Positions 45,116 to 56,300 of a stretch of 64,000 nt of DNA are shown here, piece after piece. The DNA lies in contig JASMDC010000012.1 in assembly GCA_030753015.1 (NCBI GenBank), positions 1 to 64,000 of the forward strand, in the 5' to 3' direction. Every line of letters begins with the position of its first letter. Position 1 is the stretch's first letter. A model generated the notes under the pieces. The model was not told where the DNA came from. It ran no database searches and saw nothing but the letters and a program-made list of their open reading frames with translations. Made by a program: the position numbers and the translations under genes. The stretch comes from Candidatus Undinarchaeales archaeon. Its GTDB lineage: Archaea; SpSt-1190; JASMDC01.

Positions 45116-46028
45116 TGTCATCATCGTGGGCGCGGGCCCCGCCGGAATAACCGCGGCTGTGTACGCCGCGCGGAAGAAGATGAGGACGCTGGTCCTCACC
45201 AAGAACATCGGCGGGCAGGCGGCCCTCTCGGGAGATGTCGAAAACTACACAGGCTTCCAGTTCATCACCGGAATCGAGCTGGCCCAGAAGTTCGAGGAAC
45301 ATCTCAAGGGCTTCGACATCGAGGTCCGGATCGACGTGGAGGCGTCGTGCATCAATAAGGAGGGCGACCATCTTCTGGTCAATACGCCATCGGGTGATAT
45401 CTCCGCTCGGAGCGTGATCCTCGCCACAGGAAGACGTCCTCGGAACCTGAACGTACCGGGCGAGCAGGAATACCGCAACCGGGGTGTGACCTGGTGCGCC
45501 ACATGCGACGCGCCCCTGTTCAGTGGTATGGACGTGGCGGTCATCGGCGGGGGGAACTCCGCCATGGATGCTGCGCTCCAGCTGGACACTATCGCGAACA
45601 AGGTCTACCTGGTCAACAGGAACGACGATCTAGCAGGTGACGAGATAATGAAGGAGAAGCTACTGGCCTCCGAGAAGGTCGAGGTTCTCAATCTAGCAGA
45701 GACGAACGAGATCATCGGTGATGACTTCGTGACCAATCTCAGAGTGCTCGTGGACGGTGAGGAGCGCCTACTGGTGGTCGGGGGCGTGTTCATCGAGATC
45801 GGCTCCGTGCCCGTTAACGCTCCAGCTTGCGAGGCCGAGAAGAACGAGTGGGGCGAGGTCATCGTCAACGAGCGGTGCGAGACGAACGTCCCCGGACTGT
45901 TCGCAGCGGGTGATGTCACGGACATACCGGAGAAACAGATAATCGCTGCGGCTGGTCAGGGATGTATCGCACTCCTCTCGGCGTTCAAGTACTTATCAAC
46001 CCACAAGTTCGAAAATGAAACGAAATGA
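45102..46028 (+). CDS. trxB: thioredoxin-disulfide reductase
   Basis: GAGPAG, CATCD, GGGNSA, AAGDVT; TTG start. Confidence 0.9.
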   Translation: MRVYDVIIVGAGPAGITAAVYAARKKMRTLVLTKNIGGQAALSGDVENYTGFQFITGIELAQKFEEHLKGFDIEVRIDVEASCINKEGDHLLVNTPSGDISARSVILATGRRPRNLNVPGEQEYRNRGVTWCATCDAPLFSGMDVAVIGGGNSAMDAALQLDTIANKVYLVNRNDDLAGDEIMKEKLLASEKVEVLNLAETNEIIGDDFVTNLRVLVDGEERLLVVGGVFIEIGSVPVNAPACEAEKNEWGEVIVNERCETNVPGLFAAGDVTDIPEKQIIAAAGQGCIALLSAFKYLSTHKFENETK

Positions 46029-46070
46029 GACGTGACTGACGATAGAACAGTAACTATTGGAGTGATCAAA

Positions 46071-46583
46071 ATGTTATCGGAAAGGATGCAAGAGGCCTTG
46101 AACAAGCAGGTCAACGCGGAGCTCTACTCCTCGTACCTTTACCTCTCCATGGCGGCCTACTTCTCCGCCAAGAACCTGCCAGGATTCGCCAGCTGGATGA
46201 CCTGTCAGGTACAGGAGGAGATCGTGCATGCTATGAAGATACATCAGCATGTGCTCGGGCGTGGTGGGGGAGCGACCCTTCTACCTATCGAGGGCCCACC
46301 CCTCGACTGGGAGTCACCTCGGGCCGTGTTCGAGGCTACCTATGCCCACGAGCAGAAGGTCACGGGGCTCATCAACGGCCTCGTCGACCTTGCACAGGAG
46401 GAAAAGGATCATGCAACAGTGAACTTCCTCCAGTGGTTCGTCGCGGAGCAGGTAGAGGAGGAGGAATCCGCTAGTGGGGCGCTCGAGAAGGTAAAGCTCG
46501 CAGGGGACGGCGCAGGTCTGTTCATGCTTGATCAGGAGCTCGCTCAGCGGATCTTTACAATCCCCCCCGTCCCTAGTGAATGA
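46071..46583 (+). CDS. ftnA: non-heme ferritin
   Basis: [39 protein letters not shown]. Confidence 0.93.
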   Translation: MLSERMQEALNKQVNAELYSSYLYLSMAAYFSAKNLPGFASWMTCQVQEEIVHAMKIHQHVLGRGGGATLLPIEGPPLDWESPRAVFEATYAHEQKVTGLINGLVDLAQEEKDHATVNFLQWFVAEQVEEEESASGALEKVKLAGDGAGLFMLDQELAQRIFTIPPVPSE

Positions 46584-46603
46584 ATATGATGGAGGAACTG
46601 ACT

Positions 46604-47038
46604 ATGGCTAACGATGTTGAGATTTGGGATCACATGACAAAGGACCATGCACGGATCATAGGATTCCTTGAGGGGCTGCGCGTGAGCTTCGGCAAGGAGC
46701 CCTCGGTGATCAGACAGGCTTTCGAGCGGTTCCGTTGGACACTGGAGAAGCACTTCTTCACAGAGGAACGTGCCATCTTCACCTTCCTCAAGCAGGAGGA
46801 TGAGACCGGTGGGATGATCAATGACATCCTCCGCGAGCACAGTGAGATCCTGGGGATGCTGGATGCGCTCGGTAAGGACATAGATGACGAGCGACACATC
46901 GACATCACGGGATTGAGCGACCTGCTGGTCCGACATAGCCAGTTCGAGGAGAAGGTGCTCTATCCCCGACTTGATCGGGAGCTGTCCGCCGAGCATAAGC
47001 GGTTCATCCTTGGGCGCATAACCTCGATCGTGGAGTAA
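46604..47038 (+). CDS. hemerythrin HHE cation-binding domain protein
   Basis: DH, HFFTEE, EH, HSQFEE..LYP. Confidence 0.85.
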   Translation: MANDVEIWDHMTKDHARIIGFLEGLRVSFGKEPSVIRQAFERFRWTLEKHFFTEERAIFTFLKQEDETGGMINDILREHSEILGMLDALGKDIDDERHIDITGLSDLLVRHSQFEEKVLYPRLDRELSAEHKRFILGRITSIVE

Positions 47039-47062
47039 GGTTCTTCTGTGGAGGGTCCTACC

Positions 47063-47374
47063 ATGTCGAGTTCTGATGTGAACAAGGGGGATGAAGCAGC
47101 AAGTGGCCCAACGGTAGTGCTATCGGACGATGCTCCGAGCTGCACTTCCCCGAGCTGTCCCCTCTGTCGGTGGGAAACCTTGGCCTTCATCATCCTTGGT
47201 TTCTCCCTCGTGATGACCGGCCGGCGGGACTTTATGCTCTCAGGCTATCTCATCATATTGGTTGCTTACTCCCTGGCATTCCTCGGCATTCCCCTTCCCG
47301 ATCCATTCAGGATACAGTCGCGGACCGCTCCCGCGGCGGGATCGATCGGAGAGGGACCGGAGGCGGATGAATGA
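47063..47374 (+). CDS. small two-TM hypothetical protein with CxxxxCxxC
   Basis: GGAGG SD; ATGA overlap with next gene. Confidence 0.6.
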   Translation: MSSSDVNKGDEAASGPTVVLSDDAPSCTSPSCPLCRWETLAFIILGFSLVMTGRRDFMLSGYLIILVAYSLAFLGIPLPDPFRIQSRTAPAAGSIGEGPEADE

Positions 47375-49026
47375 CCAAGGACGTGTTCACGTTCCTCGTC
47401 GGCGGTAAGGCCGGTGAGGGCACGAAGAAGGCAGGGCTCACGGCAGGTCGCCTGTTCACAGGACGAGGGCTCCATGTGTTCTTGATGGACGATTACATGA
47501 GCCTCATCAGAGGAGGCCATAACTTCTCTGTCATCAGCACGACCTCCAGCCCTATCTCCAGCCATTACATGGCCGCCGATCTCGTAGTAGCGCTCGACCA
47601 ACGAAGTTACGACAACCATAGAGGACATCTGGCAAAGGACGGTGTGATGGTCTATAACGCCGATGTTGTCAAGGACGCGGAGGGGATCGGACTCCCGCTC
47701 ACATCCCTGGCCAAGACCTTCCCCAACCCATCCTTGCGTATCGGTGTGGGTACCATCGCCGTGCTGGCAGCGGCAATCGGGATTACCGGCGACGGGCTGG
47801 AGGCATTGGTCAGGGCCGAGTATCCCCGGGATATTGAGAACAACATAGCCTATGCTCGGGCCGTGCACGACGCGGTCCCTCAAGAGCTTCATGGCAGGTT
47901 CACACTTCCAGAAGGTGACGAGGCGCGGGCCTTTCTGACCGGGAACGAGGCCATAGCCCTGGGCGCGGTCGCTGGCGGGCTGGACCTTTATGTGGCCTAT
48001 CCAATGACCCCTGCATCCTCCATCCTCCACTACCTAGCGGCTCATGAGGAGGAACTGGGGATCACGACGATGCACGCCGAGAGCGAGCTTGCCGTCATCA
48101 ACCTGGCCGTTGGTGCTGCCTCTGTAGGGGCCCGGACGATGGTAGGGACCAGCGGGGGAGGTTTCGCCCTCATGGAGGAGGGGCTCTCTTTGGCAGGGAT
48201 GGCAGAGGTCCCCATGCTGACGGTACTCTCACAACGACCGGGGCCCGCAACGGGCGTCCCCACCTATACATTACAGGGCGACCTCCTCTTCGCCCTCCAC
48301 TATGGGCATGGTGAGTTCCCCCGCATTGTCGCTTCCCCGGCGACCGTGGGCGAAGCGTTCTCGGTTACAGCCGAGCTCCTCGACCTCTCGTGGCGGTTCC
48401 AGACGCCTGCAGTGCTGCTCACCGAAAAACACCTATCAGAGTCACGTATGACCACTGAGCTTGCCCTCGACGCAGCCCCCGAGGCCACAGGCATTATGCA
48501 CGCCGAGGGGGAGTACGCGCGTTACCGGCTCACTGAGGACGGCATCTCGCCATTGCTATTCCCCCCGACGACAGAGCTCGTCAAGTGGTCGAGCTACGAG
48601 CATGATGAACGGGGCGTCACCACTGAGGCCCCCAATGCTATCATGTCGATGCAGGAGAAACGCGTACGCAAGAACAAGGCCCTGGTCGCTCATATGCAGC
48701 GCATGCGGACTGTCAACGTGTACGGTGACAAGGGACCTATCATCCTCACCTATGGGTCCACCACCATGAGCGTCCTTGAAGCGCTCAGAGCGGGCGGGCT
48801 CGAGGCGATTGTGGTACAGCCCCTGTACCTCGAACCGTTCCCATGGTGGGAGCTCAAACGGTTCGCCGATGAACGTATCGTGGTCGTGGAGCAGAGCGCA
48901 ACAGGCCAGTTCGCGCGCCTCGTCAGTGAGCGCGGTGGGCTGGTCCCGCGGGCCGTCGTCACCCTCTTCGATGGAAGGCCCTTCGATCCACACGAGCTCG
49001 CTGATGAGCTGAGGGGGTGCTTGTGA
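47371..49026 (+). CDS. 2-oxoacid:ferredoxin oxidoreductase alpha subunit (gamma-alpha fusion)
   Basis: GG.AGEG, IRGGHN, GNEA.A.GA, YPMTP, ESE, TSGGGFALM.E, QRPGPATG.PT. Confidence 0.93.
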   Translation: MTKDVFTFLVGGKAGEGTKKAGLTAGRLFTGRGLHVFLMDDYMSLIRGGHNFSVISTTSSPISSHYMAADLVVALDQRSYDNHRGHLAKDGVMVYNADVVKDAEGIGLPLTSLAKTFPNPSLRIGVGTIAVLAAAIGITGDGLEALVRAEYPRDIENNIAYARAVHDAVPQELHGRFTLPEGDEARAFLTGNEAIALGAVAGGLDLYVAYPMTPASSILHYLAAHEEELGITTMHAESELAVINLAVGAASVGARTMVGTSGGGFALMEEGLSLAGMAEVPMLTVLSQRPGPATGVPTYTLQGDLLFALHYGHGEFPRIVASPATVGEAFSVTAELLDLSWRFQTPAVLLTEKHLSESRMTTELALDAAPEATGIMHAEGEYARYRLTEDGISPLLFPPTTELVKWSSYEHDERGVTTEAPNAIMSMQEKRVRKNKALVAHMQRMRTVNVYGDKGPIILTYGSTTMSVLEALRAGGLEAIVVQPLYLEPFPWWELKRFADERIVVVEQSATGQFARLVSERGGLVPRAVVTLFDGRPFDPHELADELRGCL

Positions 49027-49874
49027 TGGATGATCTCGGTACTGGGGCGGAGAACACATGGTGCCCCGGATGTGCCAATTTCGGCATCCTCAACGCTACC
49101 AAGAAGGCCGTCAAGAAGCTCGAAGAGCGCGGGGTTGGACGTGACCGACTCCTCATGTCCGCAGGCATCGGCTGCCACGCCAAGATGTTCGACTACTTGG
49201 CGCTCTCGGGCCTCTATTCCCTCCATGGTCGCTCCATCGCCACCGCGCAGGGCATGAAGCTGGCGAATCCCGACCTGAAGGTCATCACGTTCGTCGGGGA
49301 CGGCGACTCCCTCGGAGAGGGGCTGGCCCACCTGATGTTCGCCGCGAAGAGGAACGCGGACATCACCGTCATCCTGCATGACAATGGTGTGTACGCATTG
49401 ACCACCGGGCAGTTCAGTCCCTTGGCATGCAAGGGCTTCAAAGGGCCCTCAACCCCACGCGGGAGCATCGAGGAGCCCTTCAATCCACTGACCCTCATGT
49501 TGGAGGCCGGTGCCACCTTCGTGGCCCGGGGATTCCCTGGGCGACAGGACCATCTGGTCGACCTCATGGTGGCGGCAGTGGAGCACGAGGGCTTCGCGGT
49601 CATCGATGTGCTCCAGTCGAGCATCACTTTCCATGACACCTTCAAGGAGCACAACGGCCTCGTCGATGAGCTCGACCATATCCCTGATACGATCGATGAT
49701 GCCCGGGTGCTCGCGGTCCGACGAGACCGACTTCCCATAGGGATCATCTACAAGGTTCAGCGGCCTGTGTACCACACGGAATTGTATGGCGATGCGAATC
49801 CCGTGGCACGGCGAAAGCCAAGGGGAGAACGTCTTGCGGCGATCAGGACGCTGATCACCCCACGAAAGAAATAA
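49026..49874 (+). CDS. 2-oxoacid:ferredoxin oxidoreductase beta subunit
   Basis: WCPGC, GIGC, LHGR, GDGD TPP motif, [13 protein letters not shown]. Confidence 0.93.
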   Translation: MDDLGTGAENTWCPGCANFGILNATKKAVKKLEERGVGRDRLLMSAGIGCHAKMFDYLALSGLYSLHGRSIATAQGMKLANPDLKVITFVGDGDSLGEGLAHLMFAAKRNADITVILHDNGVYALTTGQFSPLACKGFKGPSTPRGSIEEPFNPLTLMLEAGATFVARGFPGRQDHLVDLMVAAVEHEGFAVIDVLQSSITFHDTFKEHNGLVDELDHIPDTIDDARVLAVRRDRLPIGIIYKVQRPVYHTELYGDANPVARRKPRGERLAAIRTLITPRKK

Positions 49875-49899
49875 AGAACTCAAAGGAGATGAAAGGGCA

Positions 49900-50058
49900 A
49901 TGCAGAAGTTCCAATGTACAGTGTGCAACTATGTCTACGACCCCGAGCAGGGCGATCTGGAGAACGACGTGGAACCGGGAACGGTCTTCGAGGACCTTCC
50001 CAACGACTGGGTTTGCCCCGTGTGCGGTGTGGATAAGGACCAGTTCGAGCCGGTATAG
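49900..50058 (+). CDS. rubredoxin (52 aa, not in ORF track)
   Basis: [19 protein letters not shown]...[23 protein letters not shown]. Confidence 0.96.
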   Translation: MQKFQCTVCNYVYDPEQGDLENDVEPGTVFEDLPNDWVCPVCGVDKDQFEPV

Positions 50059-50081
50059 GCTACGATCGAAGGTGCGTTTCC

Positions 50082-50327
50082 ATGACCCACGATGAAATAA
50101 CTCCTGCCAAGGAGCTGGATTGTGTGGGCCTCTACTGCCCCATACCAATCGCCCAGACCAAGGAGGCCATAGAGACCGTCAAGGTGGGCGAGGTGCTGAT
50201 GGTGGAGGCCGACGATCCCGCCGCCGAGGAGGACATCAAGGCCTGGGCGAAGCATACCGGGCACGAGCTGATGAAAATCGAGCGTGCAGGTTCGATCATG
50301 ACCTTCTACATCAAGCGTACGAAGTGA
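50082..50327 (+). CDS. TusA/SirA family sulfurtransferase
   Basis: LDCVGLYCPIP, DDPAAEEDI.AW. Confidence 0.92.
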   Translation: MTHDEITPAKELDCVGLYCPIPIAQTKEAIETVKVGEVLMVEADDPAAEEDIKAWAKHTGHELMKIERAGSIMTFYIKRTK

Positions 50328-50382
50328 TCAGAGGACACTGCTCACGCTAGGACCGTAGGATGCGCCGGGAGGGGTGTCTTGC

Positions 50383-50853
50383 CTACTCCCCGTCCCATGT
50401 CATAACGCGCTCGTAGTGGTTGTAGTACCCGTTGTGGGTATCCTCGATCTCTATGAGCTCTGCCTTGACCTTGTGCTCCTTGATGACGCCCCTTGTGGCG
50501 AAGAACGCCTTTGTGGACTCGATGGGGTGGAGGATGGAGCCGAAGTGCGTCTTGTCCGGAGTACCGTAACCCATGTCCTTGATGGCCACGATGCACTCCT
50601 CCAGAGCGTCCTTGTCTCCGCTGAACTGAACGCGAGCACCCTCGGTGAAGGTACGGAGGTTGTAGACGCCGCCGTGGTCGCCATAGTGCTCCAGTGATGC
50701 GTTCCACTCGGGGTGGTCCGAGAAGAGCCCCGCAACGTCGGCCTCGAAGGTGTCCTCGGGCCGCTTGTCGTACACGGTGTTGTAGTCGTACAGACCGACC
50801 ATGGTGTACCCGCGGTCATGCTCCCTCTCGATGTAGTCGAACTCGATATCCAT
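50383..50853 (-). CDS. hypothetical protein
   Basis: Strong GC3 codon bias from MDIEFD; TATA-like TATTTATA on minus upstream. Confidence 0.7.
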   Translation of the reverse strand: MDIEFDYIEREHDRGYTMVGLYDYNTVYDKRPEDTFEADVAGLFSDHPEWNASLEHYGDHGGVYNLRTFTEGARVQFSGDKDALEECIVAIKDMGYGTPDKTHFGSILHPIESTKAFFATRGVIKEHKVKAELIEIEDTHNGYYNHYERVMTWDGE

Positions 50854-51055
50854 GATTATTACCGAGCGGGCTTGCCTGTTACGGAGTATAAATAGGTTTC
50901 GTATATATTTTCTAGAGACGGCCAATATCCCGGGTGACAGGGCGCGGACCTCCATGGATGGATTTTTCGTGCTAAGATCATTGAATCATCCGAAGAATCC
51001 TTGGTGAGCGGCATGATTAGGTTTATAATTCTTGTACAAGGGATGACTGACAGAG

Positions 51056-51298
51056 GTGGGATCCATCGACGAGTACGAGCTCCTCAAGCGGATGCATAAC
51101 TACGGAGTGGTCAGCAGGCACAATGCCAAGACGGTGCAGGAGCTCGTCGGCATGATGAACATCGACGAGGGGGAGATCAAGGGACACCTCGAACGCCTTA
51201 TCGAATTCAGCTATGTCCATACAATCACCTCTGATGACGTGGCCCGGTATTACGTGACGGGTCCGGGCATCATCACGGTGTGTTCATTCTTTACCTGA
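51056..51298 (+). CDS. small winged-helix protein
   Basis: TVQELV..M......I...LE.L....YV...YYVT..GI pattern; TTTATAA upstream. Confidence 0.65.
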   Translation: MGSIDEYELLKRMHNYGVVSRHNAKTVQELVGMMNIDEGEIKGHLERLIEFSYVHTITSDDVARYYVTGPGIITVCSFFT

Positions 51299-51311
51299 GG
51301 GCGGAGAGACC

Positions 51312-51947
51312 ATGCAGACGAACATCGAACGTGCGCTCGTGCTCACCTGGGAGTACCCTCCCCGAGTCGTCGGTTCCATCGCCCCACATTGCGAATCGCT
51401 GGCCCGGGGCCTGGCCAGGAAGAAGGTGGCCGTTGACGTGGTGACCTTCGATCACTGGGCAGAGGGTATCACCAAGGGAACGGGTAAGGACCGGGGTATC
51501 ACAGTCCATCGCGCAGCCAATCCCATCTCACCATGTACAAGTACGCTCACATGGGCGCTCACCGCGGGCGTCGAGCTCGAACGGCTCGCAGCCGACGTGA
51601 TCCACGCCGCCAAAGGCAAGGCGGACGTGATCCACGCACATGACTGGGCGGCCATCCCCGCTGCCGTGGCTCTACGCCACGAGTTCGAGATTCCGATGGT
51701 GCTCACGCTTCATTCCACAGAGACTCACCGCAGCGGGAAGGTGTTCACCCCCTACCTCGACGCGATCCGTAAGATCGAGTGGCAGGGGACCTTCGAGGCC
51801 GAGGCGGTCATCGTCGACACCGAGCAGATGCGCGAGGACGTGGTCGAGGAGTACCAGATACCCGAGCGGAAAGTGCACGTCGTCGAACCGGGGAAGCGCG
51901 GTTGGATCAATGCCCTACTGAAGCAGTACCGGGAGGCCATGCCATGA
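51312..51947 (+). CDS. glycosyltransferase family 4, N-terminal domain only
   Basis: WEYPPRVVG, DVIHAHDW, TLHSTE; no nucleotide-sugar-binding domain. Confidence 0.85.
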   Translation: MQTNIERALVLTWEYPPRVVGSIAPHCESLARGLARKKVAVDVVTFDHWAEGITKGTGKDRGITVHRAANPISPCTSTLTWALTAGVELERLAADVIHAAKGKADVIHAHDWAAIPAAVALRHEFEIPMVLTLHSTETHRSGKVFTPYLDAIRKIEWQGTFEAEAVIVDTEQMREDVVEEYQIPERKVHVVEPGKRGWINALLKQYREAMP

Positions 51948-53224
51948 GCCCCGCGAAGAAGGCCGCGCCCAAGCAGCGGAAGACGGCGAAGAAGCGGGAC
52001 CGGCCTCTTACCGTGCTCCATCTCTGCTGGGAGTACCCTCCCCGGAGCGTTGGCGGGCTCGCTGCCCACGTGCACGACCTTTCGCGCGCGCTGGTGAAGA
52101 AGGATATCGAGGTCCACGTGGTGACCTGCGGATTCCCCGGGACCAAGGACTACGAGCACTACGAGAACGTCCATGTCCACAGGTTCGATGCTTACACCAT
52201 CCCGTCCGAGGACTTCCTCGGATGGGCGCTACAGATGAACCTATACAAGCGCATGAAGGCCGCTGACGTCATCCAGAACCTCGACGGTGAAGTGGACATC
52301 ATCCACGCACATGACTGGCTCTCCGGACCGGCGGCCATCGCGCTGAAGAACGCCTTCCGCATCCCGCTCGTCTCGACTATCCACGCCACCGAACATGGCC
52401 GGCGGCAGGGCATCCACGATCCCTTCCAGCAGATGATCCATGATATCGAAGGCTGGCTCTCCTATAACTCCTGGCGCGTCATCGTATGCTCGAAGTACAT
52501 GGAGACCGAGGTGTCAAACGTCTTCGGTCAGCCACGTGATAAGCTTGACATAATCCCCAACGGCGTGGACTACAAGAAGTTCGATCTTGAGTTCGACGCC
52601 AACGCGATCAAGTCCCAGTTCGCCATGCCCCATGAGCGTATCGTGCTCTATGTAGGACGCATGGTGCACGAGAAGGGCCTTGGCGTGCTCGTCGGGTCAA
52701 TCCCCCGTGTCCTTGAATCCTGCCCGGATGCGAAATTCGTGCTGGTGGGCAGCGGTTACATGAAGAGCAAGGTCAAACAGCTCGCCTGGGACATCGGTGT
52801 GGGCGATAAGACCCTCATCCCCGGGTATCTGGACGAGGAGGTCCTTCTGGGCCTGTACAACGTAGCTGACGTGGCGGTGTTCCCGTCACTGTACGAACCA
52901 TTCGGCATCGTGGCCCTGGAGGGGATGGCGGCCCGGACCCCTACCGTGGTCACCGACACTGGCGGGCTCGGAGAGATAGTCGATCATGACGAGACGGGTG
53001 TGAAGGTCTGGGTTAACAACTCGGAGTCTCTGGCCTGGGGCATCTCTCACGTGCTCAAAGATCCAGCACTCTCCAAGAAGCTTGGCAAGCAAGGGCGTCA
53101 CAAGGTGGAGAAGGTCTACAACTGGGAGGTCATCGCCGACCAGACCATCGACGTGTACCGCCGGGTGTTGGCGGAATACAAGAAGGGTGACTGGCAGCCC
53201 GGGTTCAAACCGGGCATACGGTGA
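51944..53224 (+). CDS. glycosyltransferase family 4 (GT-B), glycogen-synthase-like
   Basis: WEYPPRSVGG, HAHDW, GRMVHEKG, PSLYEPFGIVALEGMA; ATGA overlap. Confidence 0.93.
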   Translation: MSPAKKAAPKQRKTAKKRDRPLTVLHLCWEYPPRSVGGLAAHVHDLSRALVKKDIEVHVVTCGFPGTKDYEHYENVHVHRFDAYTIPSEDFLGWALQMNLYKRMKAADVIQNLDGEVDIIHAHDWLSGPAAIALKNAFRIPLVSTIHATEHGRRQGIHDPFQQMIHDIEGWLSYNSWRVIVCSKYMETEVSNVFGQPRDKLDIIPNGVDYKKFDLEFDANAIKSQFAMPHERIVLYVGRMVHEKGLGVLVGSIPRVLESCPDAKFVLVGSGYMKSKVKQLAWDIGVGDKTLIPGYLDEEVLLGLYNVADVAVFPSLYEPFGIVALEGMAARTPTVVTDTGGLGEIVDHDETGVKVWVNNSESLAWGISHVLKDPALSKKLGKQGRHKVEKVYNWEVIADQTIDVYRRVLAEYKKGDWQPGFKPGIR

Positions 53225-53296
53225 AGGCTCTCACTCGAGCCTAACTCATATCCGTGTCCAGTAGTAATGACACTGACAGCCTATGAGCTGCATAAT

Positions 53297-53328
53297 GGAA
53301 AGAAGTGGGGGCGTCCGAAGACGCCCCC
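53297..53328 (-). terminator. intrinsic-type terminator of the large surface-protein gene
   Basis: GGGGGCGTC-TTCG-GACGCCCCC then ACTTCTTTCC on the minus strand. Confidence 0.7.
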
Positions 53329-53346
53329 GATATTCTCTCAACTACC

Positions 53347-56300
53347 CTAGACCTTGCCACCGGAGCCGCACGTGTAGTCGTCGGGGAAACAACTGTGAGG
53401 GGCAGAGTCGCCCTCGCACCATTGGCATTCGGCCAGCTCCCCGCACGTGGCATCCGTGATGGCATCGTAGCAATCGGGGTGGTCGTCGCCACCCGTCGGA
53501 TCTCCACCCGAGGTCATATCGCACCAGGGCGGATCGGTCATACCGGGTCCGGGGCTGATGCAGTTGGCGGGTGCGTTGGGGTCCACCCACTCGTCCGGAA
53601 GGTCTTGGTACTTGTCCGGGCACGGCTGGTCGAGGTCGACGCGGCATGCGTCCATATCATCTGGGGACTGGCAGCACTTGTAGCCGCTCGGGCCGCCGTC
53701 AGTACTACCGCCGTCAGTACCATCGTCCTCGGGCTTGCAGATGTTCGACTCATACTCACAGTACTCGCCGCCGGTGCATCCGCAGTCCTTGCAGCAGTTG
53801 CCGGAATTCTCCTCACCGTTGCACTCATTGTCACCGCAGAAGCCACCCTGGCTCCCACCGTCCTCGGGCTTGCAGATGTTCGATCCAGTATCGCAGAACT
53901 CACCGCCGGTGCATCCGCAGTCCTTGCAGCAGTTGCCTGTACTCTCCTCACCGTTGCACATACCATCACCGCAGTATGCTTCGATCCCGCCGCTGCTACC
54001 GCCGCTGCTACCGTCGCTGTTGGACTGCCAGTAGTTCTCAGACATCTCGTTGAACCGCTGTTCGAGGTCCCGCTGGAGCCTGTCCCAACCGCGGCCGTCG
54101 GACTCGAGCGCCTTCACGCGCATCTCCTCGTAGTACAGCTCGAGCTGCTTGAGTTGGGCCTGGTCGTGGTACTGTACGTCCTCGCGCATCTGGCGGAGGT
54201 CCCGGGACTTCCACAGGAGCCACTGCATCCGCCAGAATTGGAACCGGTAGCCCTCCCAATCGCGCTCGAAGCGTTCCATCACGCGACCGGCGTCGTAGGT
54301 GCCGTCGAGCTCGCCGCGGAACTCCTCGGCGCGAGCCTTCATATCGAGAAGGATGCGGTTAAGCTCCTCGGTACCGGGTACGTTCTCGTACTCCATACGA
54401 TCGACCTCGTCCTCGAAACCCTGGAGCTCGTTCGTGAGACCGCTGAGGCGCTCGAGCATCCACAGGCTCTGTTGGAACTGCTCTAACTCACGCTGGAACG
54501 GCTCGAAGTGGCGCCAGATGTCCCTGACACCGGCCAAATCGCTCCCCATGGAGGCCAGCTTGTTCTGAAGTTCGCGGAACTGGGACTTTGCTCTGCTCAC
54601 GTCCACACCGTCGTACTCCATGCGCTCGATCTGATCCTCGATTTCCTCGAAGCGGCGCTGGAACTCTTGTGTGATCCGCTGGCCCTCGAGCTGCTGGAAC
54701 ACGGAGTTCTGGAACTCATCGACGCGGCGGTTGAACGTTTCCTGCTCACGCCAGATGCGGTCCATCTGCTCAGTGGTCCTCAGCTTCTCCTTGAACTCGT
54801 CCAGCTCGTACCAGAGGCTCTTGAGCCCACGGCGAGCATCGGCCGTATCGATACCATCGTACTCCATGTCCTCGAGGCGCTGTTCCATTTCCCTGAACCT
54901 GCGCTCGAACTCGCGGGGGATGGTGGCGATGGCGCGGCGCTGTTCGAGGGCGTTGATCTTGCGCTCGAACTCGTGGATGATCCTGTCCCACCTGCCGCCC
55001 TCCATCTCTTGGATCTCGCGCACCACGCGCCGCAGCTCGGCCCGAAGGTCGGCGAGCTCCTCGTAGAGGTCGTCGACGCGGATGCCGTTGTACTCATCGT
55101 CACGGAGCTGGTCCTCCATCTGACGCAGGCGATCCTCGAGGCCGCCCAGCCATCGGCGGGACTCGAACTCGCGCTCGATTCGCTCGATGTCACGGTGGAA
55201 CCGCTCGAGAGCGCGGCCGAGCCGGTGGCTCTGTATGCCCGAGCTGCGCATCTCTTCTATGCCCTCGCGGATGTCGTTGATGGCGGAGCGGTACGGCTTG
55301 GTGTCGACACCGTCATACTCGGCCTCATCGAGGCGCTGTTCGATATTGCTGAGCCTGTTCTCGATATCGATGAAAGCACCGCTCATCTCGATCTGTTCCC
55401 GTAGGTGCCAGAGCTTCTCGAACATCCGCTCAGCACGCCGGAAGTCGCCCTGCTTGGCCAGACCCTCGATAGTGCGGAGCACCTCTTCGTATTCCCTTCT
55501 GAGGTCCTCTACGAAGTCGGGGACCTTGAAACCACTGTAGCTGGCGTCCTCGATGCGCCTGTCGATATCCTCAAGGAACCGATAGGCGTCCTCGATCTGA
55601 TCGTTGAAGTGGCGCCATTGCATGAACGACTCGAACTCGCGGTGGAGCCGTTCCATCCTGTGATGGCACTTGCCCATGATGCGCTGGAACTCGTGCGGAT
55701 TACGCACATTGCGCATCTCGTCCATCGCGTTGTCGAAGCAGAGGGCGACGTCCTTGAGCTTGGTCTCCATCTCGGAGACGTCGAAGCCCTCGTAGGCCAT
55801 CTTGTCGAGCTCCTCGAACATGCGGTACAGGTTCTCATCGATCATGGTACGCTCGTAGAAGAAGTGCACAAGGGGCATCTTCTCCATAGCGTTGCGGAAG
55901 ATCTTCTCGGCCGCCCTGGTTTGACCATTCATGGCTAGCTTGATGGCCTTGTCGATACCTTCTTCGATCTCGTCCAGAAGGGCGTTCAGGCGCGCACCGA
56001 CATCGCCCGGAAGCTCTTCAGCGCGGAAGCGCATCTCCTCGATCTCATACAGGATGTGCTCCTGCTCACGCAGGAAGTCGAAGTACATCCGCGTCTCGTC
56101 AAGAGCACGGTGGAGGCCGCCGAAGCGCTTCTCGATCTTGCCCAGGAGCTTACCGGCCGACTTGAACTTGCCGGCCTCGATGTCGTCCTGTACCTCCACG
56201 ATCAAGTCCTCGATCTCGTTGAAGATGGACAGAGCGGGGCCTATGTCGACACCGTTGGCCACCATCTCCTCGACCTCCCAGGAGACGTCCTGATAGTGAC

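Noticed and set aside
49889-50095. 68-aa track [11 protein letters not shown]
   Set aside because: Wrong frame; the real gene is rubredoxin at 49900-50058
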